This document shows positions 53,194 through 64,000 of a stretch of 64,000 nucleotides of DNA, one piece after another. Under the pieces are notes generated by a model. That model was given only the letters and a program-made list of their open reading frames with translations, had not been told where the DNA came from and ran no database searches. The DNA comes from the human T2T-CHM13v2.0 reference genome, Homo sapiens: the NCBI RefSeq assembly GCF_009914755.1, contig NC_060946.1; one strand, given 5' to 3'. Positions within the stretch are counted from its first letter, which is position 1; each line of letters begins with the position of its first letter. A program made the position numbers and the translations under genes.

Positions 53194-54215
53194 ATGTTTC
53201 TGTCTAGTGGTTATGTGAAGATGTTTTCTTTTTCACCTTAGGCCTCAGAGCGCTCCATATATCCCCTTGCACATACTACAAAAAGAGTGCTTCAAAGCTG
53301 CTCTCTGAAAGGGAATGTTCAACTCTATGAGTTGAATGCAAACATCACAAAGACGTTTCTGAGAATGCTTCTGTCTAGATTTGATATGAAGATATTCCCG
53401 TTTCCAACGAAATCTTCATATCTATCCAAATGTCCACTTGCAGATTCAACAAAAAGTGTTTTTCAAAACTGCTCTATCAAAAGAAAGATCCACCTCTGTT
53501 AGCTGAGTTCACACATCACAAACAAGTTTATGAGAATGCTTCTGTCTAGTTTTTATTTGAAGATATTTCCTTTCTCACCATAGACCTGAAAGCTGTCCTA
53601 ATGTTCACTTCCAGATACTACAGAAAGAGTGTTTCAAAACTGCTGTACGAAAGGGAATGTTCAACTCTGTGACTTGAATGCACACATCACAAAGTAGTTT
53701 CTGAGGATGCTGCTGTCTACTTTTTATACGTAATCCCGTTTCCAACGAAATCCTCCAAGCTATCCAAATATCCACTTGCAGATTCCACAGAAAGACTGTT
53801 TCAAAACTGCTCTGTCAATAGAAAGGTTCAACTCTGTTAGCTGCGTGCATATATCCCAAAGAAGATTCTGAGATTGCTTCTGTCTACTTTTTATGAGAAG
53901 ATATTTCCCTTTTCACTGTAGGTGTCAAGGCGCTCCAAATGTCTACTTCCATATACTACAAAAAGAGCGTTTCAAACCTGCTCTATGAAAAGCAATGTTC
54001 AACTCTGTGACTTGAATGCAGACATCACAGAGCAGTTTCTGAGAATGCTTCTGTCTAGATTTTATAGGAAGATATTCCCGTTTCCAACGAAATCTTCACA
54101 GCTATCCAAATATCCACTTGCAGATTCTACAAAAAGAGTGTATCAAAACTGCTCTGTCAAAAGGAAGGTTCTTCTCTGTTAGTTGAGTGCATACGTCATA
54201 AAGGAGTTTCTGAGA
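53194..54215 (-). repeat. 6-monomer structural-variant HOR (1022 bp) with hybrid m5/m7 monomer
   Basis: Marker spacing 53287 to 54309 = 1022 = 1364-342. The junction reads ...aaggcgctccaaat|gtc|tacttccatatac... at 53941-53943. Confidence 0.96.
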
Positions 54216-55579
54216 ATGTTTCTGTCTAGTGGTTATGGGAAGATATTTGCTTTTTCACCTTAGGCCACAGAGCGCTCCATATATCCAATTGCACATACTA
54301 CAAAAAGAGTGCTTCAAAGCTGCTCTCTGAAACGGAATGTTCAACTCTATGGGTTGAATGCAAACATCACAAAGACGTTTCTGAGAATGCTTCTGTCTAG
54401 ATTTGATATGAAGATATTCCCGTTTCCAACGAAATCTTCAAATCTATCCAAATGTCCACTTGCAGATTCAACAAAAAGTGTTTTTCAGAACTGCTCTATC
54501 AAAAGAAAGATCCACGGCTCTTAGCTGAGTTCACACATCACGAACAAGTTTATGAGAATGCTTCTGTCTAGTTTTTATTTGAAGATATTTCCTTTCTCAC
54601 CATAGACCTGAAAGCTGTCCTAATGTTCACTTCCAGATACTACAGAAAGAGTGTTTCAAAACTGCTGTACGAAAGGGAATGTTCAACTCTGTGACTTGAA
54701 TGCACACATCACAAAGAAGTTTCTGAGGATGCTGCTGTCTACTTTTTATACGTAATCCCGTTTCCAACGAAATCCTCCAAGCTATCCAAATATCCACTTG
54801 CAGATTCCACAGAAAGACTGTTTCAAAACTGCTCTGTCAATAGAAAGGTTCAACTCTGTTAGCTGCGTACATATATCCCAAAGAAGATTCTGAGATTGCT
54901 TCTGTCTACTTTTTATGAGAAGATATTTCCCTTTTCACCGTAGGCGTCAAGGTGCTCAAAATGTCCACTTCCAGATACTACAAAAAGAGTGTTTCAAACC
55001 TACTCTGTGAAAGGGAATATTCAAATCTGTGACTTGAATGCACATATCACAAAGAAGCTTCTGAGAATGCTTCTGTCGAGATTTTATATGAAGATATTCC
55101 CGTTTCCAACGAAATCCTGAAATCTATCCAAATATCCCCTCACAGATTCTACAAAAAGAGTGTTTCAAAACTGCTCTGTAAAAAGAAAGGTTCAACTCTG
55201 TTAGTTGAGTACACACATCACAAACAAGTTTCACAGAATGCTTCTTTCTAGCTTGTAGGGGAAGATATTCCCTTTATCACCATGGGCCTCAAACCGTCCG
55301 AAACGTCCACTTCCATATACTACAAAAAGAGCGTTTCAAACCTGCTCTAGGAAAGGCAATGTTCAACTCTGTGACTTGAATGCAGACATCACAGAGCAGT
55401 TTCTGAGAATGCTTCTGTCTAGATTTTATAGGAAGATATTCCCGTTTCCAACGAAATCTTCACAGCTATCCAAATATCCACTTGCAGATTCTACAAAAAG
55501 AGTGTATCAAAACTGCTCAGTCAAAAGGAAGGTTCTTCTCTGTTAGGTGAGTGCATACGTCATAAAGGAGTTTCTGAGA

Positions 55580-57627
55580 ATGTTTCTGTCTAGTGGTTAT
55601 GGGAAGATATTTGCTTTTTCACCGTAGGCCTCAGAGCGCTCCAAATATCCACTTGCACATACTACAAAAAGAGTGCCTCAAAGCTGCTCTCTGAAACGGA
55701 ATGTTCAACTCTATGAGTTGAATGCCAACATCACAAAGACGTTTCTGAGAATGCTTCTGTCTGGACTTGATATGAAGATATTCCCGTTTCCAACGAAATC
55801 TTCAAATCTATCCAAATGTCCACTTGCAGATTCAACAAAAAGTGTTTTTCAGAACTGCTCTATCAAAAGAAAGATCCACCTCTGTTAGCTGAGTTCACAC
55901 ATCACAAACAAGTTTATGAGAATGCTTCTGTCTAGTTTTTATTTGAAGATATTTCCTTTCTCACCATAGACCTGAAAGCTGTCCTAATGTTCACTTCCAG
56001 ATACTACAGAAAGAGTGTTTCAAAACTGCTGTACGAAAGGGAATGTTCAACTCTTTGACTTGAATGCACACATCACAAAGAAGTTTCTGAGGATGCTGCT
56101 GTCTACTTTTTATACGTAATCCCGTTTCCAACGAAATCCTCCAAGCTATCCAAATATCCACTTGCAGATTCCACAGAAAGACTGTTTCAAAACTACTCTG
56201 TCAATAGAAAGGTTCAACTCTGTTAGCTGCGTGCATATATCCCAAAGAAGATTCTGAGATTGCTTCTGTCTAGTTTTTATGGGAAGATATTTCCCTTTTC
56301 ACCGTAGGTGTCAAGGCGCTCCAAATGTCCACTTCCAGATACTACAAAAAGAGTGTTTCAAACCTACTCTGTGAAAGGGAATATTCAACTCTCTGACTTG
56401 AATGCAGATATCACAAAGAAGTTTCTTAGAATGCTTCTGTCGAGATGTTTTATGAAGATATTCCCGTTTCCAACGAAATCCTGAAATCTATCCAAATATC
56501 CCCTCGCAGATTCTACAAAAAGAGTGTTTCAAAACTGCTCTGTAAAAAGAAAGGTTCAACTGTGTTAGTTGAGTACACACATCACAAACAAGTTTCACAG
56601 AATGATTCTTTCTAGGTTGTAGGGGAAGATATTCCCTTTATCACCATGGACCTCAAACCGTCCGAAACGTCTACTTCCATATACTACAAAAAGAGCGTTT
56701 CAAACCTGCTCTATGAAAGGCAATGTTCAACTCTGTGACTTGAATGCAGACATCACAGAGCAGTTTCTGAGAATGCTTCTGTCTAGATTTTATAGGAAGA
56801 TATTCCCGTTTCCAACGAAATCTTCACAGCTATCCAAATATCCACTTGCAGATTCCACAGAAAGACTTTTTCAAAACTACTCTGTCAATAGAAAGGTTCA
56901 ACTCTGTTAGCTGCGTGCATATATCCCAAAGAAGATTCTGAGATTGCTTCTGTCTAGTTTTTATGGGAAGATATTTCCCTTTTCACCGTAGGCGTCAAGG
57001 CGCTCCAAATGTCCACTTCCAGATACTACAAAAAGAGTGTTTCAAACCTACTCTGTGAAAGGGAATATTGAACTCTGTGACTTGAATGCACATATCACAA
57101 AGAAGTTTCAGAGAATGCTTCTGTCGAGATTTTCTATGAAGATATTCCCGTTTCCAACGAAATCCTGAAATCTATCCAAATATCCCCTCGCAGATTCTAC
57201 AAAAAGAGTGTTTCAAAACTGCTCTGTAAAAAGAAAGGTTCAACTCTGTTAGTTGAGTACACACATCACAAACAAGTTTCACAGAATGCTTCTTTCTAGC
57301 TTGTAGGGGAAGATATTCCCTTTATCACCATGGGCCTCAAACCGTTCGAAACGTCCACTTCCATATACTACAAAAAGAGCGTTTCAAACCTGCTCCATGA
57401 AAGGCAATGTTCAACTGTGTGACTTGAATGCAGACATCACAGAGCAGTTTCTGAGAATGCTTCTGTCTAGATTTTATAGGAAGATATTCCCGTTTCCAAC
57501 GAAATCTTCACAGCTATCCAAATATCCACTTTCAGATTCTACAAAAAGAGTGTATCAAAAGTGCTCTGTCAAAAGGAAGGTTCTTCTCTGTTAGGTGAGT
57601 GCATACGTCATAAAGGAGTTTCTGAGA
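55580..57627 (-). repeat. 12-monomer structural-variant HOR (2048 bp) with hybrid m8/m4 monomer
   Basis: Marker spacing 55673 to 57721 = 2048 = 1364+684. m8 sequence (tcttcacagct) runs into m4 sequence (gattccacagaaagact) across 56828-56855, after which m5-m8 repeat. Confidence 0.96.
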
Positions 57628-60600
57628 ATGTTTCTGTCTAGTGGTTATGGGAAGATATTTGCTTTTTCACCGTAGGCCTCAGAGCGCTCCAAATATCCAC
57701 TTGCACATACTACAAAAAGAGTGCTTCAAAGCTGCTCTCTGAAACGGAATGTTCAACTCTATGAGTTGAATGCAAACATCACAAAGGCGTTTCCGAGAAT
57801 GCTTCTGTCTAGATTTGATATGAAGATATTCCCGTTTCCAACGAAATCTTCAAATCTATCCAAATGTCCACTTGCAGATTCAACAAAACGTGTTTTTCAG
57901 AACTGCTCTATCAAAAGAAAGATCCACCTCTGTTAGCTGAGTTCACACATCACAAACAAGTTTATGAGAATGCTTCTGTCTAGTTTTTATTTGAAGATAT
58001 TTCCTTTCTCACCATAGACCTGAAAGCTGTCCTAATGTTCACTTCCAGATACTACAGAAAGAGTGTTTCAAAACTGCTGTACGAAAGGGAATGTTCAACT
58101 CTGTGACTTGAATGCACACATCACAAAGAAGTTTCTGAGGATGCTGCTGTCTACTTTTTATACGTAATCCCGTTTCCAACGAAATCCTCCAAGCTATCCA
58201 AATATCCACTTGCAGATTCCACAGAAAGACTGTTTCAAAACTGCTCTGTCAATAGAAAGTTTCAACTCTGTTAGCTGCGTGCATATATCCCAAAGAAGAT
58301 TCTGAGATTGCTTGTGTCTACTTTTTATGAGAAGATATTTCCCTTTTCACCGTAGGCGTCAAGGCGCTCCAAATGTCCACTTCCAGATACAACAAAAAGA
58401 GTGTTTCAAACCTACTCTGTGAAAGGGAATATTCAACTCTGTGACTTGAATGCACATATCACAAAGAAGCTTCTGAGAATGCTTCTGTCGAGATTTTATA
58501 TGAAGATATTCCCGTTTCCAACGAAATCCTAAATCTATCCAAATATCCCCTCGCAGATTCTACAAAAAGAGTGTTTCAAAACTGCTCTGTAAAAAGAAAG
58601 GTTCAACTCTGTTAGTTGAGTACACACATCACAAACAAGTTTCACAGAATGCTTCTTTCTAGCTTGTAGGGGAAGATATTCCCTTTATCACCATGGGCCT
58701 CAAACCGTCCGAAACGTCCACTTCCATATACTACAAAAAGAGCGTTTCAAACCTGCTCTAGGAAAGGCAATGTTCAACTCTGTGACTTGAATGCAAACAT
58801 CACAGAGCAGTTTCTGAGAATGCTTCTGTCTAGATTTTATAGGAAGATATTCCCGTTTCCAACGAAATCTTCACAGCTATCCAAATATCCACTTGCAGAT
58901 TCTACAAAAAGAGTGTATCAAAACTGCTCTGTCAAAAGGAAGGTTCTTCTCTGTTAGGTGAGTGCATACGTCATAAAGGAGTTTCTGAGAATGTTTCTGT
59001 CTAGTGGTTATGGGAAGATATTTGCTTTTTCACCTTAGGCCTCAGAGCGCTCCAAATATCCACTTGCACATACTACAAAAAGAGTGCCTCAAAGCTGCTC
59101 TCTGAAACGGAATGTTCAACTCTATGAGTTGAATGCAAACATCACAAAGACGTTTCTGAGAATGCTTCTGTCTAGATTTGATATGAAGATATTCCCGTTT
59201 CCAACGAAATCTTCAAATCTATCCAAATGTCCACTTGCAGATTCAACAAAAAGTGTTTTTCAGAACTGCTCTATCAAAAGAAAGATCCACCTCTGTTAGC
59301 TGAGTTCACACATCACAAACAAGTTTATGAGAATGCTTCTGTCTAGTTTTTATTTGAAGATATTTCCTTTCTCACCATAGACCTGAAAGCTGTCCTAATG
59401 TTCACTTCCAGATACTACAGAAAGAGTGTTTCAAAACTGCTGTACGAAAGGGAATGTTCAACTCTGTGACTTGAATGCACACATCACAAAGAAGTTTCTG
59501 AGGATGCTGCTGTCTACTTTTTATACGTAATCCCGTTTCCAACGAAATCCTCCAAGCTATCCAAATATCCACTTGCAGATTCCACAGAAAGACTGTTTCA
59601 AAACTGCTCTGTCAATAGAAAGGTTCAACTCTGTTACCTGCGTGCATATATCCCAAAGAAGATTCTGAGATTGCTTCTGTCTACTTTTTATGAGAAGATA
59701 TTTCCCTTTTCACCGTAGGCGTCAAGGCGCTCCAAATGTCCACTTCCAGATACTACAAAAAGAGTGTTTCAAACCTACTCTGTGAAAGGGAATATTGAAC
59801 TCTGTGACTTGAATGCACATATCACAAAGAAGCTTCTGAGAATGCTTCTGTCGAGATTTTATATGAAGATATTCCCGTTTCCAACGAAATCCTGAAATCT
59901 ATCCAAATATCCCCTCGCAGATTCTACAAAAAGAGTGTTTCAAAACTGCTCTGTAAAAAGAAAGGTTCAACTCTATTAGTTGAGTACACACATCACAAAC
60001 AAGTTTCACAGAATGCTTCTTTCTAGCTTGTAGGGGAAGATATTCCCTTTATCACCATGGGCCTCAAACCGTCCGAAACGTCCACTTCCATATACTACAA
60101 AAAGAGCGTTTCAAACCTGCTCTAGGAAAGGCAATGTTCAACTCTGTGACTTGAATGCAGACATCACATAGCAGTTTCTGAGAATGCTTCTGTCTAGATT
60201 TTATAGGAAGATATTCCCGTTTCCAACGAAATCTTCACAGCTATCCAAATATCCACTTGCAGATTCTACAAAAAGAGTGTATCAAAACTGCTCTGTCAAA
60301 AGGAAGGTTCTTCTCTGTTAGTTGAGTACATACGTCATAAAGGAGTTTCTGAGAATGTTTCTGTCTAGTGGTTATGGGAAGATATTTGCTTTTTCACCTT
60401 AGGCCTCAGAGCGCTCAAAATATCCCCTTGCACATACTACAAAAAGAGTGCCTCAAAGCTGCTCTCTGAAACGGAATGTTCAACTCTATGAGTTGAATGC
60501 CAACATCACAAAGACGTTTCTGAGAATGCTTCTGTCTAGACTTGATATGAAGATATTCCCGTTTCCAACGAAATCTTCAAATCTATCCAAATGTCCACTT

Positions 60601-63600
60601 GCAGATTCAACAAAAAGTGTTTTTCAGAACTGCTCTATCAAAAGAAAGATCCACCTCTGTTAGCTGAGTTCACACATCACAAACAAGTTTATGAGAATGC
60701 TTCTGTCTAGTTTTTATTTGAAGATATTTCCTTTCTCACCATAGACCTGAAAGCTGTCCTAATGTTCACTTCCAGATACTACAGAAAGAGTGTTTCAATA
60801 CTGTTGTACGAAAGGGAATGTTCAACTCTGTGACTTGAATGCACACATCAAAAGGAGGTTCTGAGGATGCTGCTGTCTACTTTTTATACGTAATCCCGTT
60901 TCCAACGAAATCCTCCAAGCTATCCAAATATCCACTTGCAGTTTCCACAGAAAGACTGTTTCAAAACTGCTCTGTCAATAGAAAGGTTCAACTCTGTTAG
61001 CTGCGTACATATATCCCAAAGAAGATTCTGAGATTGCTTCTGTCTACTTTTTATGAGAAGATATTTCCCTTTTCACCGTAGGCGTCAAGGTGCTCAAAAT
61101 GTCCACTTCCAGATACTACAAAAAGAGTGTTTCAAACCTACTCTGTGAAAGGGAATATTCAACTCTGTGACTTGAATGCACATATCACAAAGAAGCTTCT
61201 GAGAATGCTTCTGTCGAGATTTTATATGAAGATATTCCCGTTTCCAACGAAATCCTGAAATCTATCCAAATATCCCCTCACAGATTCTACAAAAAGAGTG
61301 TTTCAAAACTGCTCTGTAAAAAGAAAGGTTCAACTCTGTTAGTTGAGTACACACATCACAAACAAGTTTCACAGAATGCTTCTTTCTAGCTTGTAGGGGA
61401 AGATATTCCCTTTATCACCATGGGCCTCAAACCGTCCGAAACGTCCACTTCCATATAATACAAAAAGAGCGTTTCAAACCTGCTCTAGGAAAGGCAGTGT
61501 TCAACTCTGTGACTTGAATGCAGACATCACAGAGCAGTTTCTGAGAATGCTTCCATCTAGATTTTATAGGAAGATATTCCCGTTTCCAACGAAATCTTCA
61601 CAGCTATCCAAATATCCACTTGCAGATTCTGCAAAAAGAGTGTATCAAAACTGCTCCGTCAAAAGGAAGGTTCTTCTCTGTTAGGTGAGTGTATACGTCA
61701 TAAAGGAGTTTCTGAGAATGTTTCTGTCTAGTGGTTATGGGAAGATATTTGCTTTTTCACCGTAGGCCTCAGAGCGCTCCAAATATCCACTTGCACATAC
61801 TACAAAAAGAGTGCCTCAAAGCTGCTCTCTGAAACGGAATGTTCAACTCTATGAGTTGAATGCCAACATCACAAAGACGTTTCTGAGAATGCTTCTGTCT
61901 AGACTTGATATGAAGATATTCCCGTTTCCAACGACATCTTCAAATCTATCCAAATGTCCACTTGCAGATTCAACAAAACGTGTTTTTCAGAACTGCTCTA
62001 TCAAAAGAAAGATCCACCTCTGTTAGCTGAGTTCACACATCACAAACAAGTTTATGAGAATGCTTCTGTCTAGTTTTTATTTGAAGATATTTCCTTTCTC
62101 ACCATAGACCTGAAAGCTGTCCTAATGTTCACTTCCAGATACTATAGAAAGAGTGTTTCAAAACTGCTGTACGAAAGGGAATGTTCAACTCTGTGACTTG
62201 AATGCACACATCACAAAGAAGTTTCTGAGGATGCTGCTGTCTACTTTTTATACGTAATCCCGTTTCCAACGAAATCCTCCAAGCTATCCAAATATCCACT
62301 TGCAGATTCCACAGAAAGACTGTTTCAAAACTGCTCTGTCAATAGAAAGGTTCAACTCTGTTAGCTGCGTGCATATATCCCAAAGAAGATTCTGAGATTG
62401 CTTCTGTCTACTTTTTATGAGAAGATATTTCCCTTTTCACTGTAGGTGTCAAGGCGCTCCAAATGTCCACTTCCAGATACTACAAAAAGAGTGTTTCAAA
62501 CCTACTCTGTGAAAGGGAATATTCAACTCTGTGACTTGAATGCAGATATCACAAAGAAGTTTCTGAGAATGCTTCTGTCGAGATTTTATATGAAGATATT
62601 CCCGTTTCCAACGAAATCGTGAAATCTATCCAAATATCCCCTCGCAGATTCTACAAAAAGAGTGTTTCAAAACTGCTCTGTAAAAAGAAAGGTTCAACTC
62701 TGTTAGTTGAGTACACACATCACAAACAAGTTTCACAGAATGCTTCTTTCTAGCTTGTAGGGGAAGATATTCCCTTTATCACCATGGGCCTCAAACCGTC
62801 CGAAACGTCTACTTCCATATACTACAAAAAGAGCGTTTCAAACCTGCTCTATGAAAAGCAATGTTCAACTCTGTGACTTGAATGCAGACATCACAGAGCC
62901 GTTTCTGAGAATGCTTCTGTCTAGATTTTATAGGAAGATATTCCCGTTTCCAACGAAATCTTCACAGCTATCCAAATATCCACTTGCAGATTCTACAAAA
63001 AGAGTGTATCAAAACTGCTCTGTCAAAAGGAAGGTTCTTCTCTGTTAGTTGAGTGCATGCGTCATAAAGGAGTTTCTGCGAATGTTTCTGTCTAGTGGTT
63101 ATGGGAAGATATTTGCTTTTTCACCTTAGGCCTCAGAGCGCTCCATATATCCCCTTGAACATACTACAAAAAGAGTGCTTCAAAGCTGCTCTCTGAAACG
63201 GAATGTTCAACTCTATGGGTTGAATGCAAACATCACAAAGACGTTTCTGAGAATGCTTCTGTCTAGATTTGATATGAAGATATTCCCGTTTCCAACGAAA
63301 TCTTCAAATCTATCCAAATGTCCACTTGCAGATTCAACAAAAAGTGTTTTTCAGAACTGCTCTATCAAAAGAAAGATCCACGGCTCTTAGCTGAGTTCAC
63401 ACATCACGAACAAGTTTATGAGAATGCTTCTGTCTAGTTTTTATTTGAAGATATTTCCTTTCTCACCATAGACCTGAAAGCTGTCCTAATGTTCACTTCC
63501 AGATACTACAGAAAGAGTGTTTCAAAACTGCTGTACGAAAGGGAATGTTCAACTCTGTGACTTGAATGCACACATCACAAAGAAGTTTCTGAGGATGCTG

Positions 63601-64000
63601 CTGTCTACTTTTTATACGTAATCCCGTTTCCAACGAAATCCTCCAAGCTATCCAAATATCCACTTGCAGATTCCACAGAAAGACTGTTTCAAAACTGCTC
63701 TGTCAATAGAAAGGTTCAACTCTGTTAGCTGCGTACATATATCCCAAAGAAGATTCTGAGATTGCTTCTGTCTACTTTTTATGAGAAGATATTTCCCTTT
63801 TCACCGTAGGCGTCAAGGTGCTCAAAATGTCCACTTCCAGATACTACAAAAAGAGTGTTTCAAACCTACTCTGTGAAAGGGAATATTCAACTCTGTGACT
63901 TGAATGCACATATCACAAAGAAGCTTCTGAGAATGCTTCTGTCGAGATTTTATATGAAGATATTCCCGTTTCCAACGAAATCCTGAAATCTATCCAAATA

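Larger units (their letters stand above)
1..64000 (-). repeat. Alpha satellite higher-order repeat array, 8-monomer 1364-bp HOR, ~47 units, SF2 (D1/D2) type; most likely the active chr14/chr22 array D14Z9/D22Z1
   Basis: The 171-bp periodicity of (ga)atgcttctgtctag-like motifs is visible at 1, 172, 343, 514, 681, 852, 1023, 1194, 1365. A near-identical 1364-bp period is shown by the recurring marker at 94, 1458, 2822, 4186 ... 63175. The reverse complement matches the alpha-satellite D1/D2 consensus as I recall it (GTGTGTACTCAACTAACAGAG in B-type, GCATTCAAGTCACAGAGTTGAACATTCCCTTTC in A-type). Alpha-satellite identity is essentially certain; the chromosome assignment is about 0.75. Confidence 0.99.

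Noticed and set aside
94-63390. Dozens of 65-95 aa ORFs recurring every 1364 bp
   Set aside because: They are chance open frames in satellite DNA, many with GTG/TTG starts. They appear and vanish with single SNVs, and show no gene structure or recognisable domain.
1-64000. CRISPR-like array of regularly spaced conserved 17-bp motifs
   Set aside because: The motifs are CENP-B boxes. The intervening DNA is itself repetitive rather than unique spacers, and there are no cas genes.
1-64000. Transposon insertion, inversion or embedded unique sequence
   Set aside because: All inter-marker distances are 1364, 1363, 1022 or 2048 bp and are fully explained by monomer arithmetic. Orientation is constant, and no poly-A tails or Alu/L1 sequence were seen.
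1-64000. True 16-mer (2728 bp) HOR, or an SF1 8-mer (chr10/chr12)
   Set aside because: There is no consistent alternation between odd and even units, and the monomers show D1/D2 rather than J1/J2 features.
1-64000. A previously undescribed biological system
   Set aside because: Everything visible is explained by a known class of centromeric HOR array and its normal turnover; claiming more is not supportable from the sequence.

Overview
The whole 64 kb window is one uninterrupted, single-orientation array of primate (almost certainly human) centromeric alpha satellite, with the conventional ALR/CENP-B-box strand on the minus strand. It is a homogeneous higher-order repeat (HOR) of 1364 bp made of 8 monomers (7 x 171 bp + 1 x 167 bp), with a CENP-B box in every second monomer. 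The monomers look like suprachromosomal family 2 (D1/D2 dimer), which best fits the live chr14/chr22 array (D14Z9/D22Z1, S2C14/22H1L); that assignment is from recall, not a search. About 47 HOR units are present. I see no genes, RNA genes, transposons, inversions or non-satellite DNA, and every listed ORF is a repeat artefact. I do not see a new biological system. The points of interest are structural and evolutionary: a 6-mer deletion variant (~53.9 kb), a 12-mer variant (~56.8 kb), tandem and dispersed multi-HOR duplications marked by shared SNVs, a divergent haplotype patch (10-20 kb), a haplotype switch at ~23 kb, local CENP-B box decay (42-51 kb) and substitution clusters beside the structural variants. 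Monomers are numbered m1-m8 arbitrarily from position 1, and all variant comparisons were made by eye.
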